63,824 bases of DNA, filler included, from Parasitella parasitica NRRL 2501 (GCA_025201805.1; 15 parts of 15 records of this genome joined end to end with filler, not necessarily neighbours in it); one strand, 5' to 3'. Positions 1 through 12,886 are shown, counted from the whole stretch's first letter. Notes: generated from the letters alone by a model not told the origin. Numbers and translations are program-made.

Positions 1-359
1 TCTGAAGTGAACAAGACTAGATTCCCATCATAAAATATTGTCATCTTCCCAACAATAGAAGCTATGACTACAAAGATAAACAAATATAGCAGGGATAGAA
101 ATTGACATATGTCAAAATAGCATGTTGTGCCTCAAACTAAAGCCTGAAAAGGAACAATTCATCAAACAATGAAAGCTTCCTAATCGCATGAATAAGAATT
201 ATGTCTCAAATGCCGTTCTTGATCCATCGTTAGTGTGCTGAAGTGCTAGAACTTCCCACAAAAATTAATTGAATGTCATCTCTTACGGAGCTACCTTAGA
301 GATTCCAAATCAAGCTAATAAACAGATTACTTAAATATCTAACCGTAAAACCGGGAAGC

Positions 360-836
360 TGTTGTATCCATAGAATACCATGGTTACCACTATTTCAACT
401 CAGTTGTCATGGCAACCGTTCCTAATCGGATCTAAGGTTAAATGGCATCGATTATTCTATCTAGTAAATAGAAGTATTCAATAGAATGTCTTGTATAAGA
501 AACCATCTATTTGGGTTCTACTTATTCTAAATTGCGAAGCTCAACTTATCGATGAATGATTCACATTCATAACGATTAGCTGATTAAATATAGAAATAGG
601 TCTTGCTCTGACTACTACTGTGTTATAATCTTGTTTGACAATTAAATGTCAAACATGACCTGATTGTATTTTATAGATTGATTTAGATAGATTTATTCCA
701 ATATAAATAGACAGCTTCTTGTCAATCAATATATCAATAGTTTTGTATCTGGTAAACTAAGTCTTTAATTACATTCTTATATTTTTATATCACATACAAT
801 CACCTTCTGTGCTCAATTTCAAAACCTGGCACAACA
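360..836 (+). mobile_element. Solo-LTR-like element, family A (copy A1, ~477 bp)
   Basis: Runs TGTTGTATCCATAG...CCTGGCACAACA and is nearly identical to 9741-10217. Flanks GAAGC/ATGCG do not match each other (see inversion finding). Confidence 0.9.
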
Positions 837-1921
837 ATGCGAAAACTTAAAGATATTTTATTAAAGATCGAAATTGCATCTGCTATTTATACTTTTTACA
901 AGTACATAAATTTAAGGTGACTTATTTAGATTACTAATTGACAATGCAGCAAAACGAAGTAAAAAAAAAGTGTAAAAAAAGCAAGATACGATTAAAATCC
1001 TTCTTTATTTTGAAAGTAGATTGAATGCGCAATAAGCTGTTATTTTACATCTCTATTTATATTATTTGGGTGTCGTCTTACTAGCAGACAATTGTTTCGT
1101 TATTTCTTAACGGTTCCATTATTCTTTATATGTTGTGTTGTGAATTCTAATTAGCCGTTCTGGCTTAGTAGTATACTATCATACTACTTGGGTTAATTAG
1201 AGATGGTCATTCATTAGGTCAATAGAATAATTCTATCGTAGCTATTCCAATCTTATGTGAGTGTGAATATTATTGAGTTGTTTATTGACGTTGTTGATCT
1301 AACTGTAATAAAAAGTGTAAAACAACAATAGATACAATTTAACTCCTTCTTTATTTTTTAGAATAGGATAACGTGCAAAGATTAGACATTTCTACTCTAT
1401 TTATATTCGTTGTTGTCAACGGTCTGTCTGTCAGTTACGCCGTAACTGTCAGTCAGGTTTTTCTGTATTTGATTTTACATTGATTTATCAGAATGAGAAA
1501 TTATTCAAATAAAACGGTTGTGAATTAATCAGGTAAAGATCTCGTTTATTACATGAAAAAAATAATGGTTTATATACTAGTGAATCTAAGTGGACTGATG
1601 GGAGGATAAGATACAAGTGTGAGACATGGTGTGATTTAGAGAATGGAACGATAGATCGTATCTATTGTCCATGAACATGTCATGTTGAGTTATAAATAAG
1701 GAACATGATCCATTGGGATATGTTCCTGAATTGTGTTCAGGATTGAGTTTACTTGAGTTTGACTTCCGGTTGGGAAATTGACACATCATACATAATCAAG
1801 TACGGTATTCTAATATCGAGTTTTCTGACATATTTGTAAATGACATGCATGGACCAGTCCTTACATTGGTCTATGCGTTCCAAATGTGGTTTGTGGTTCG
1901 ATTTCTTTTTAAAAATGCTTC

Positions 1922-2150
1922 TGTTGTGCCAGGTCTTGAAATTGAGCACAGCAGGTGATTGTATGTGATATAAAAATATAAGAATGTAATTAAAGACTTA
2001 GTCAGATACAAAACTATTGATATATTGATTGACAAGAAGCTGTCTATTTATATTAGAATAAATCTATCTAAATCAATCTATAAAATACAATCAGGTCATG
2101 TTTGACATTTAATTGTCAAACAAGATTATAACACAGTAGTAGTCAGAGCA
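1922..2150 (-). mobile_element. Family A copy A2 (inverted, cut by contig end)
   Basis: Starts TGTTGTGCCAGG, the reverse complement of the family A 3' end. Matches A1 in reverse up to the contig break. Confidence 0.9.
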
Positions 2151-2250
2151 NNNNNNNNNNNNNNNNNNNNNNNNNNNNNNNNNNNNNNNNNNNNTTAATT
2201 AATTAANNNNNNNNNNNNNNNNNNNNNNNNNNNNNNNNNNNNNNNNNNNN
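2151..2250. other. Artificial contig-joining linker (N-run/TTAATTAATTAA/N-run), first of 14
   Basis: The same 100-nt spacer with six-frame stops occurs at 2151, 7553, 10865, 12761, 39958, 41154, 46545, 51659, 53453, 55673, 57191, 58716, 60150 and 62179. Adjacency across these is not biological. Confidence 0.98.
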
Positions 2251-4041
2251 AAAAAAGACCAGCATGTATAAGCCCTTCAAAACTGCATCTTTGCAATTTT
2301 CAAAGGGTTAATTTTTTGATGCATTGGAGTAGTTTGAAGAGGGTCCTGGTTAATTCTTATCTTAAATTTCGATATGAATTTCTGAACAAGATGTTTACAT
2401 TGAATTGGAGGCTGCGTCCAACAGTTTTTTCTTTGCTGGATGGGCTTTCCGGTGTAGACAGAGCTTTTAATAGAATCGACTTACTTTGAATCCAACTGGT
2501 GACAACTAACAGAGGTAGTGACATGTTGACTATACAGCTATCAACTAGATATTCAACACTAATGTCAATTAAAAAAAGTAAAACGAAGAAATATGCTTGG
2601 GATTTTTGTGCGTTTGGGATATTTCAGTTAATCTCTTACAAATACTGTAATGGCAACTGAATACTACATACTCCTAAAGCGTTTCTAATATGTATTATGG
2701 TTAAATCCATACTTACAAAAGCAAGCGACACTTGTTGTCAAATCTCCAAACTGTGATTATATAGAGTTATACTTATTAGAAGATGTCGTCTCAAGTGAAA
2801 TTAAGGGGTTTCTGAAAATCTCTGAAACTATTCTGAATAATTTGGACAGATTGTCTTTTAATTATCAACATCTTGGTAAAAAAACTAGACAGGCTTCCAC
2901 ACATTTTTTCTCGTCGTTTTTTATATTTCATCAAATCATTTTTCTTTATTTCCTCGACAGTCCTGAATAATTTGGGAAAAACTGTATTGTAGCAATGTTT
3001 TCTTTATTTTGCAACTTAGAAAGTTAAAACGCAATGGCCATATAATTATACACGTTGAAAGGAATTCCACATGTTTTCGGAGCAAGATAGGCTTATGCTA
3101 ACTTTAAATTGTACTACATTTGAAAAGAATTTAATAAACATAAAACACCTAATTTTTATTATATAGCATGATGCATACATACTTAATAAAAATACACATA
3201 GATTCATAAGGAGCAGATGAGATTATTTAACAGAAGATTATTAAACGAAATATGAACTTTGGATCGATGTAAATCGATAAAAACAAAAAACAAAAAAATT
3301 ATTGTGATTTAAAGGATTGATTTACTTGGTATTTTTTGAGGATGACGAAGAGGGTTTAGGATGAGAAACTGATGAATTTGGGTAAAAAGAGGGTATTAAA
3401 AAAGAGGGCACTTTCTGGATAATACTTATTTCGGGAATATTGGGGGGTACTACCGGTTAACAGTTGGAGTGACAAATATTAGTAGTAGGGCTTAGAATAT
3501 CGCAAATAAGACAGTATGTAGTACTACCTCGTCCCTCCTAGAAACCTTTTTTCTCTACAATTTTCACTATTAAAAAGTAAAAATATGCGAAGCAAAACCA
3601 TCTTTGAAACACTCCAACTGAATCTGTTATCGAAATTTCTGAAGTCGACTTCAATGAAAAGCTTCGAACATTTGATCGGTCGAACATTGATATAGGGAGG
3701 ACGTTATTGAAAAATAAATACTATTACCCAAACGAAAGAAAAATGGAGAAAAATAAATGTCCTGTTGTACTTGGTAAATACGAACATGTCAGAGACAAAA
3801 GAATTACCAAACGTTACGCAGGTGCTTACTACTGTAATAATACTTCTAAATGCCCTGGTTATGGTCGCTCTCTTAGACCTTACATGAACGAGCATAAGGC
3901 AGTCAACTATCAGAAATGCAATAAATGCAAAATTGTAATGGAAAAAAGACCATGTCTTGTCTTAGTAGAGTTCTACGATCGAGTCTTGGGAACAAAATGG
4001 TAGTACTTGCACTATGACCCATATAATTGATAAGAAACAAG

Positions 4042-4452
4042 TGTTTTAATATACGAAATAGATATACAATTAAAACTGGATATATTTATTCGTATATAAA
4101 AAATAAGATGATTCTTCTCTACACAACATTTGCCTAGACTATTTATACTTTTCGAGTGCTGACATCGGTTGCATATGCTTGTGGAATCGAGGCTTAATAA
4201 ACTTGCACCAGATAGAACCAATTACTAGCCATGTGCTGCTAGTACAAGTAATCGTAAACCAGTTATTACCAGAAGGAGACAGGAAGGATAATGGTCTTGA
4301 GAAAGAGTATAATCGCCTTGTGGTATAAAGGATTTCTAATGAGTGTAACCATGATATAATACTTTTGCATAATTGTGAGAATACCCAAGTTGGATCTCAG
4401 GCATAACATCAACTCAACAACCCACCTCGCTTAGCCTTTTACATCCTAAACA
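4042..4452 (+). mobile_element. Solo-LTR-like element, family C (copy C1, 411 bp)
   Basis: TGTTTTAATA...ATCCTAAACA with perfect 5-bp TSD ACAAG (4037-4041, 4453-4457). Other copies at 10749 and 45730. Confidence 0.92.
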
Positions 4453-5411
4453 ACAAGGCACAAAAGCTCACTCTCATGGAGAATATCTTTCTATTTATCT
4501 TACCCCTGAAGAACAGAAACGGATTGATCTGTTGACAAAAGAAGACCCGTTTATTACTCCTATAGGCGCTACTACTGGGATTTCTTCCACTGGGAAAAGA
4601 ATCAAAGCTACTCCTTCTATCAACAAAATATTGAGCAACAAAAATCGCACAAGATACCATTCGAGAGAGTCCAAGCAATCCAGAAACTGAATGGAGATAA
4701 CATTGACGTCTTAAGGCTTTTAATTATCTTGACAATGCCTTCCCAGGATCCATATTAAGCGCTGAAATATTGACATCCAAGTTTTTCTACATCTCATTCT
4801 CTTCACCCGAAATGACAAATTACCAGTTGCCTTTCGATACTCAACCAATCGTAACTGATATTACATATAAAGCAGTTCCCCATGGTTATTATCTTTCTTC
4901 TTCTGTTATATTTGTTCCTAAAGTTACAAGTGTCATTTTTTTTCAAGTAATTTTGAAGCAAACAACTGCTGAACAATTCGAATTATACTTCAAGGCTCTT
5001 CTCAAAAATTTCCAAATCAAGGATAATAGAAAATTCCTTGGTACTCTCATAGATTTTTCAGTTGCACGGCATACAGGATTTATAGAAGCATGCAAGTCTG
5101 TATTTCAGTGCACTGCTAATGAAGCCCTCGCTCTAACGAAAAGCTGCTACATGCATTGGATGAATATGAAATAATGCGTCGTTCGTGTGTCAAGAAATCA
5201 CAAGTTGGTGTCTCCTTAAAAGCTAAATGTCTTTAAGAAACTTGTTTATGACTTAAGAACGATGACATATGAAGAGACATATAAACAAGCAATTAAAGCA
5301 ATATTGTCAAAGTTCCCTTATCTCAAGACTTGGCTTATGTAGTGGGTACGACCAACAACTGTCAGCACAATCTTTACCAGTCCCTCTGTGATGAATCTTC
5401 GTTTGCAAATG

Positions 5412-5887
5412 TGTTGTATCCATATAAAGGCTACATATGTCATATCTAACTTAGTCATAACGCACGGATCATGATATTTATTATTCGTAATTTTTTTACA
5501 AATGAGGAATAAGCTACAAGTTGTAATTGGACCTCTTGCAAGATTCCAGGCTTATTCAAAGAATACATCTAGATCAGATCGCGGGATGTCGGGAAGACAT
5601 CCTACCCAATCTTCTCTTTAATGTAAAATAGAAAGATAGGTCTGTCCTGGAAATGCTGTGATTTAATAAGGTTTGACACTTCTTGTNNNNNNNNNNNNNN
5701 NNNNNNNNNNNNNNNNNNNNNNNNNNNNNNNNNNNNNNNNNNNNNNNNNNNNNNNNNNNNNNNNNNNNNNNNNNNNTCAATAAAAGTCTTCAGTTTTGTA
5801 TCTGGTTTTATTCAGAAAAGTCTTATTACTTTATACAAATCATATTTTGCATAACATTACGCTGCGCCCTTTGACACTGGCACAACA
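5412..5887 (+). mobile_element. Solo-LTR-like element, family B (copy B1, internal gap)
   Basis: TGTTGTATCCATATAAAGG...CACTGGCACAACA with flanks AAATG/AAATA (4/5 TSD). Other copies at 8802, 49652 and 62550. Confidence 0.9.
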
Positions 5888-6517
5888 AAATACATGAATC
5901 TGGAACAACCAACAGTGTGGAGGCGTATCATAAAAAGTTGAACACTATGGTCCCCACACGACTGCCGGTTCCTACTGCTCTAAAATTAATTTTAGAGGTA
6001 CAGTATCTAGACGTAATGGCGAAGTACTACAAAATGTATTGGATTACAATATTGCCATATCGTATGGCTCACAAGCCAAAAGTATTAAGAAGAGAAAGAA
6101 GTCAAAGCCTCTTGACAGATCTTCCAGCAATAGTTTTCATCAAAACGATGGCAGAGCCCTTGGTTGCGACTATGCCATATTTAAGGATAAAACAAGCAAA
6201 AAAAGAAGAAAGCAAGAAGTTAGCGAAGAAGATGCTAGTCAGAAAGAAGAATTAGATGTTTATCTAAAAGCCTATGAAGATGAAGATGTTGATGAGCCTA
6301 ATGGAGTTTACTTTGATGAACTATGCCAGTACAAAGAATTGGAAGTGGATGATGACAATATTCTTGAAGGTATATAGAAGCTGTAAATTCAAGAAAAAGA
6401 CTTAGACAGTGATATAAAAAGGTTGTTTCAAGGAAAATATATATTATTTTTTCTTCACACTGTAGACCCCCAATATACTAAACGTCGCGAACCAAGTCAA
6501 AATCAAAACTACTTACG

Positions 6518-7051
6518 GTGCATCTATCCGTGATGACACGGAAGCCCGCTCAGAGTATCAGTCTTCCGTCACCAGTCAAGCTGTATTCTCAAATTTCCAG
6601 AAAATCAACGTTCAAGCATGGAAGAATAGGACATTATGTTATGACAGGTTCTGTGAGCGCTATGCACAATTATGAATTTGCCCAAATGGCTTACGGTGGA
6701 ACATTAAGGAGCTTATTTTTTTGACGTGGACAACCCGAAGCTGTAAATGCAGACAAGATCAAAGCAATGTATGGAGCAATGCAAAATGTCGATTCTCTTC
6801 TTGCAAGGTACAATCTGCGAAAGCTCACGTACGCATTAGTCAGTTATCATGTTACCGAGAACAAAAAGCATGTTGGATCTGCTACCAATTGGACAAACAA
6901 TGCTCTCTTTGCTATGGAAGACATTGATCCTGAAGCTACGCCTGACCGTTTCAGAGATTTAATTATTGAGGGAAAAAGCATCAAATATTCTCACCCAAGT
7001 CTTTTAGCTCTTACCTTCCCTCATTTATTTACGACAAGCTCTGGCCATTAA
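6518..7051 (+). pseudogene. Helitron-like Rep N-terminal region fragment
   Basis: SPVKLYSQISR...TGSV...AYGGTL and SHPSLLALTFPHLFTTSSGH resemble the 'L.FP.LFP.G.G' segment upstream of Helitron Rep domains. Frameshifted and truncated by the element at 7160. Confidence 0.5.
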
Positions 7052-7159
7052 TCCCTCATGTCGAGCAAGATACCGGCACCAGAATATTCTACTCCGTTAG
7101 AGCAGCTTGCTTATATGATTATGGAGACCAAAGGAGGGGTAGCGCTCGCGGCAGTATGA

Positions 7160-7320
7160 CACTATGGCCTCCTGGATGTTCTTGGTGAACATCAATGTGC
7201 TCAAATGGAAACATTATTAGGGTCATAGGAGCATTTATATGCTTGTGAGAACATAAATGATTTTGCCCCAAAATGTACCTATATAAAAAAAGTCGAGACA
7301 GCTCATTTTTAATTAAATAA
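7160..7320 (+). mobile_element. Terminus of a CACTA-type DNA transposon family (CACTATGGCCTCC...)
   Basis: About 160 bp shared with 55408+ and, inverted, with 10223-10386. Homology starts at CACTA. Confidence 0.65.
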
Positions 7321-8801
7321 GAGTTTCTAAAAAAAGTTTGCTGGGAAACTTGCCTGGGAAACCAGCTTGGAGGTCTCCCATTTAAAATAATTGAAATTCA
7401 GATTTTGACAAAATAAAGTGATATCATTGGATAAACTCTTATGTTATTTGACATGAAAGTGTACCTAATGCATTGAATACTGGTGTCTTTATACTGTTAA
7501 TTGATTATTCTTGTATATATTTACTATAGTAGATTTTCTACTGGATATTTTTNNNNNNNNNNNNNNNNNNNNNNNNNNNNNNNNNNNNNNNNNNNNTTAA
7601 TTAATTAANNNNNNNNNNNNNNNNNNNNNNNNNNNNNNNNNNNNNNNNNNNNTTAGCAGGTGATCAGAAAACATCCACAGATAGAAGCTCTGCATACTCC
7701 AAGTATGCTTCAGATACAGTAGCTATGAATATGAAGTTGGACATGCCTGCAGAACTGTCGACTGACGCAGCTTTGCGCCAGGTAGCCAAGAAAAAGCAAG
7801 CTGAATTCCAAAGCAAGCTTTATGGAAGTACCTCTGCTACAAGCAATAAAGGTAGCAAAAGCAATAGCAAGGGCACTACGGGCAAAGCTATTTCCACTCG
7901 TAAAGCGACCCTAAATAAGTAGTGTTAGCACATTTTTTCCATAGCTATTAGTTGCATTTAGTTAATAAAGCTACACTTTAATACACAAAAAAAAATCACT
8001 CCAGATCTCTTTTTGTCACCTCTTCCCATTAAAGACTATTAGAAAAAAATCGAACGCAATGAAGCTTTTGATAGAGAGCACGCAAACAAAAATTAGCAGA
8101 GCAAAGTAACACTTCGAATCATAAACAAATTCCCATTACCACAAACCCTGCCCGTACTACACGCAAACGCCAACGTAGTATTCATGCTTTATCTAACTCC
8201 AAATCCCCAAAGCGTCAAATACGCAGGATTTAATGCTCACAAGAGCAATTAACAAAAAAAAAACTAGAGATGTTTATACTGCATAAATAAACCAAACTTC
8301 ACCTTTTTTGGTGATCTCTCTCTCATTCTCATATATTTCTCTTGACTTGACTTTTTACTATCTCTTCCATTAACTCTTGTCAACACATCTGCCAATGTGT
8401 TTGGCCGGGGAGCATGATGTGAACTACTGGCAGTCTTTCACACATCTTATTTGAATTAGTAAGACATTTCTTTATCAAGAACCGTGTCTTGAGAACAACA
8501 TTGAACATGACAAATATCATCATTAACATTCAACATATAAAGACAATTGTACACCTTTGTACTCTATATAAATCACAATTTTACTGCTTTCCCGTGAAGC
8601 CTAAATTGGAAACAATTCAGTTACTGCATTAGTAACATGAAATATACAGATTATATTTTATATAAATACATCCAAGATCTTTCAACTTGATGGATCTTGG
8701 CTTATATTTTTAACCCTGAATAAATATCGAAGAGTTATAATTGTATATCCTTTCCGCTTTTTTATTCTATTTTTTATCGCAAAAAGAGCAAAGAAAATTA
8801 T

Positions 8802-9206
8802 TGTTGTATCCATATAAAGGCTACATATGTCATATCTAACTTAGTCATAATGCACGGATCATGATATTAATTGTTGGTAATTCTTTTACAAATAAGGAAT
8901 AAGCTACAAGTTGTANNNNNNNNNNNNNNNNNNNNNNNNNNNNNNNNNNNNNNNNNNNNNNNNNNNNNNNNNNNNNNNNNNNNNNNNNNNNNNNNNNNNN
9001 NNNNNNNNNNNNNNNNNNNNNNNNNNNNNNNNNNNNNNNNNNNNNNNNNNNNNNNNNNNNNNNNNNNNNNNNNNNNNNNNNNNNNNNNNNNNNNNNNNNN
9101 NNNNNNNNNNNNNNNNNNNNNNNNNNNNNNNNNNNNNNNNNNTTATTACTTTATACAAATCATATTTACATAACATTACGCTGCGCCCTTTGACACTGGC
9201 ACAAGA
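8802..9206 (+). mobile_element. Family B copy B2 (gapped, no TSD)
   Basis: Family B 5' end at 8802 and 3' end ...CACTGGCACAAGA. Flanks do not match, so this may be a scaffold join or a recombinant. Confidence 0.85.
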
Positions 9207-9639
9207 TGTTATTACTCTGTATAATGTACTTATATTCGGCACAAATGCGCTAATATTATACGTTTTTTAAGTTGAAATACAAGTTCACAAAGTTGTAAAG
9301 TTAGTGAAAACAAAAGAAAAAGACCAAGGAGAAGCTAACAAAGAAGCTAAATTATGCATTCGGTCATCACAATATGCAATGTTTTGGGCTAAGCATGCAG
9401 GAAGAAGCCAATGGAAAAACACCGCTACAAGAGGTCATCTTGAAAGCAACCATGTACAAACAAAATATATACTTTATTCAAGTATATTTCTACTGGTGCT
9501 AGCATTATTACCACCGGCGTCTTCTTCAACATCTTGAACAACACCTTGGTTAGCAATAGGTACTTCTTCGTCACTTTTGCTTTCCAATGAACATTTGTAC
9601 TGTATGATCAAACTACGAACATAAATAACTTTCACGCAC

Positions 9640-10386
9640 AGCAGATGTTATCTTTGGAATGCAATATCTCAAAGAATATTTGGTAGCAAATGTTATTACA
9701 AGTACACAAAAAACCAAAATGTCTCAGAAATAATATTATTTGTTGTATCCATAGAATACCATGGTTACCACTATTTCAACTCAGCTGTCATGGCAACCGT
9801 TCCTAATCGGATCTAAGGTTAAATGGCATCGATTATTCTATCTAGTAAATAGAAGTATTCAATAGAATATCTTGTATAAGAAACCATCTATTTGGGTTCT
9901 ACTTATTCTAAATTGCGAAGCTCAACTTATCGATGAATGATTCACATTCATAACGGATTAGCTGATTAAATATAGAAATAGGTCTTGCTCTGACTACTAC
10001 TGTGTTATAATCTTGTTTGACAATTAAATGTCAAACATGACCTGATTGTATTTTATTGATTGATTTAGATAGATTTATTCCAATATAAATAGACAGCTTC
10101 TTGTCAATCAATAAATCAATAGTTTTGTATCTGGTAAACGAAGTCTTTATTACATTCTTATATTTTTATATCATATACAATCACCTGCTGTGCTCAATTT
10201 CAAGACCTGGCACAACATTATTGAATTTAATTAAAAATGAGCTATCTCGACTTTTTTTTATAAACCCATATTCTGGGGCAAAATCATTTATGTTCTCACA
10301 AGCACATAAATGCTCCCATGACCCTAATAATGTTCCCATTTGAGCACATTTATGTTCACCGAGAACATCCAGGAGGCCGTGTAGTG
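9640..10386 (-). mobile_element. CACTA-type terminal region, interrupted by LTR A3
   Basis: Reverse complement of 55408-55670 on both sides of 9741-10217. Ends ...GGCCGTGTAGTG (CACTAAC-like start CACTAC on the minus strand). Confidence 0.65.
9741..10217 (+). mobile_element. Family A copy A3 (complete, 477 bp)
   Basis: TGTTGT...ACAACA with perfect TSD TTATT (9736-9740, 10218-10222). Confidence 0.93.
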
Positions 10387-10562
10387 AATGTTAAAATTTT
10401 CGATGATTGCGATTTTTCTTTTTTTGTTATGTTGGCCTACCACTGCTGTGCTCACAACTACTATTGTAAAAATCTACTACTATGGTTTCTCTCTCTCATA
10501 TAATGCCATAGAGCTTGTAGCAAGATCAAGGGGCTAAAGCCAATGTGCGTGGTAAATTAGGG

Positions 10563-10748
10563 TGTTATATCAATAACATGGCAAGGTCTCACATCAGGAT
10601 CTCAGATCAGTCCCAGGGTCTTACAGTAAATCATGGGTAGTCATGATTTACATTATGCAGCTAGACAGTAGAATCCTAGTGTAATGAATGTGTATATAAT
10701 ACATCGAGAGATGTATTATGAATAAAAGTGTAATTCTTTGGCAGATTT
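10563..10748 (+). mobile_element. Short solo-LTR-like element, family D (copy D1), interrupted by family C
   Basis: TGTTATATCAATAACATGG... is the reverse complement of 41903-42114 and 45369-45579. Confidence 0.88.
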
Positions 10749-10864
10749 TGTTTTAATATACGAAATAGATATACAATTAAAACTGGATATATTTATTCGT
10801 ATATAAAAAATAAGATGATTCTTCTCTACACAACATTTGCCTAGACTATTTATACTTTTCGAGT
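10749..10864 (+). mobile_element. Family C copy C3 (5' part), nested in D1
   Basis: Matches 4042-4157 up to the contig end. Confidence 0.9.
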
Positions 10865-10964
10865 NNNNNNNNNNNNNNNNNNNNNNNNNNNNNNNNNNNN
10901 NNNNNNNNTTAATTAATTAANNNNNNNNNNNNNNNNNNNNNNNNNNNNNNNNNNNNNNNNNNNN

Positions 10965-11529
10965 ATGGTAATGTTAAGGTCCCTGGTTTTCTTGTTGTAG
11001 ACAATTGCTGCTTCCCCTTTCTTGGATCTGGCAAATTTCCTGATTTGAGAAGTGGTAAAACCTGACTCATCTACGAAAATACAATTACTATCGTAATTGA
11101 TGTTACTGGAAGTGAGCTTGGTGACAAATTCTACGCGTTTCTGGAGCGTGCTTTTATCATTTCTTTTGGTAACCAAAGGCTTTGCAAATAAATGCCACTG
11201 ATGCTTAGCTTAACATCAAACCCTTCAAGGACCTTTAGATCTTGAAGTGTTGAACATCATCGTCATCAAATAAATCTCTCATAAAGTCAGATACTTCTTT
11301 TGTTATCTTAACCTTTTGATTATACCCTCCTCTTTTTTTGGTATCATAGCGCCCTTCTTTGATAAAGACATCTACCATTGTATTTACCGTCGAAACTTTA
11401 ACACGATTCTCCTTTGCAGCCTCTGCTGGTGAATAACCGTCTTGCAGTACTCGATCAATGATTTTTGTACGCTTTTCAAGAGTTGTTTTCCCGTAGGGCC
11501 CTCGCTTTGAGTGGGGATGTCTTTGATCT
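10965..11529 (-). pseudogene. Tc1/mariner (IS630-like) transposase remnant
   Basis: Motifs RNDKSTLQKRVEFV...CIFVDESGF...ARSKKG. The upstream HTH region is frameshifted and cut by LTR A4. Confidence 0.8.
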
Positions 11530-11993
11530 TGTTGTGCCAGGTCTTGAAAATGAGCACAGCAGGTGATTGTATGTGATATAAAAATATAAGAATGTAATAA
11601 AGACTTAGTTTACCAGATACAAAACTATCGATTTATTGATTGACAAGAAGCTGTCTATTTATATTAGAATAAATCTATCTAAATCAATCTATAAAATACA
11701 ATCAGGTCATGTTTGACATTTAATTGTCAAACAAGATTATAACACAGTAGTAGTCAGAGCAAGACCTATTTCTATATTTAATCAGCTAATCGTTATGAAT
11801 GTGAATCATTCATCGATAAGTTGAGCTTCGCAATTTAGAATAAGTAGAACCCAAATAGATGGTTTCTTATACAAGACATTCTATTGAATACTTCTATTTA
11901 CTAGATAGAATAATCGATGCCATTTAACCTTAGATCCGATTAGGAACGGTTGCCATGACAACTGAGTTGAAATAGTGGTGACCATGGTATTCT
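11530..11993 (-). mobile_element. Family A copy A4 (lacking ~12 terminal nt)
   Basis: Reverse complement of A1/A3 from TGTTGTGCCAGG to ...CCATGGTATTCT. Confidence 0.9.
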
Positions 11994-12091
11994 TTAATTC
12001 CTTATTTCCTCCTAAAATAAGACGAGCTTGAATTCGTCAGTGGATGACGTTTATCTTTTACAACAAATGCATTTTATTTTTATTTAATAGC

Positions 12092-12760
12092 TTATCTTCG
12101 TTGAGTGGTAAGATTACTGTTTGTAGCTGTATCAGTAATGGTAGGAAGTACGCCTCTTAACATATTTGTAGCTGTTTCTAATTGCCGGATTTGATCTTCA
12201 TTTAAGTTTATGTTGGTGTCAAATTTCAAAGTATTTATAACAGATGAGATGTTGGTTATACAGCCATCTATTCTGCTATCAGCAGTCTGGGGAGGCAAAG
12301 GATTGATAACAGCGGTATCCCGTGGTGTTCTTCGCACAGTAGGTATAAGGATTGGTACTACTAGAACACATTAGCTCGCTAATCTTTGGGTTTTGACTAT
12401 AGAATATTACATTCATATACCATGAGGTCTCTACGCCAACGTTTCAACAAATACATATGCTTGCAAGCTGAGTTTGGTTCCATTGAAAGTCTTGACAAGC
12501 GCATGATTGCATTTCTTCATTTTGTACAATGATTTCATAGTGAACATCTTCTGTTGTGAAAGACTGGATAGCAAATTTGAGAGTTTCGCTGTCGTTGAGC
12601 AACTCTACAACCATAAACTGAAGAATCGCGACATTGATTGCTTCAGCCGCCATTTCTCTTTGTCGACGCCTTCTTTCTTGGGGTCCCATCCTTCCTATAT
12701 TTAAGCGAATTCTATCAGTATTCTGGATAAAATCCGGTTCAATATCATTGACAAGGATGT
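12092..12760 (-). pseudogene. C-terminal part of a SWIM zinc-finger (MULE-type) transposase
   Basis: IQSFT...YEI...SCACQDFQWN followed, after a frameshift, by ACKHMY (CxC-x-CxH SWIM). Confidence 0.7.
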
Positions 12761-12886
12761 NNNNNNNNNNNNNNNNNNNNNNNNNNNNNNNNNNNNNNNN
12801 NNNNTTAATTAATTAANNNNNNNNNNNNNNNNNNNNNNNNNNNNNNNNNNNNNNNNNNNNCATACAAAAAGTAAAAGCTGGTGATT

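Larger units (their letters stand above)
3585..6377 (+). pseudogene. Degenerate Mutator/MULE-like DDE transposase with N-terminal GCM/WRKY-like Zn domain, interrupted by two solo LTRs
   Basis: Cys-rich N-terminus (AGAYYC..C..RP..C..C..C, then HSH after removing 4042-4452). Core motifs VTDITYK, LIDFSVARHTGF and SCYMHW. TTNSVEAYH is restored in frame after removing 5412-5887, and an NDGR motif lies near the C-terminus. Several stops and frameshifts. Confidence 0.7.

Noticed and set aside
961-1405. Two degenerate ~100-bp direct repeats (about 961-1065 and 1309-1405)
   Set aside because: Low identity and AT-rich with no defined ends; probably TE debris.
360-2150. Inverted long repeats suggesting a DIRS/foldback element
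   Set aside because: The same unit occurs solo with a 5-bp TSD at 9741-10217, and there is no tyrosine recombinase or RT between the copies.
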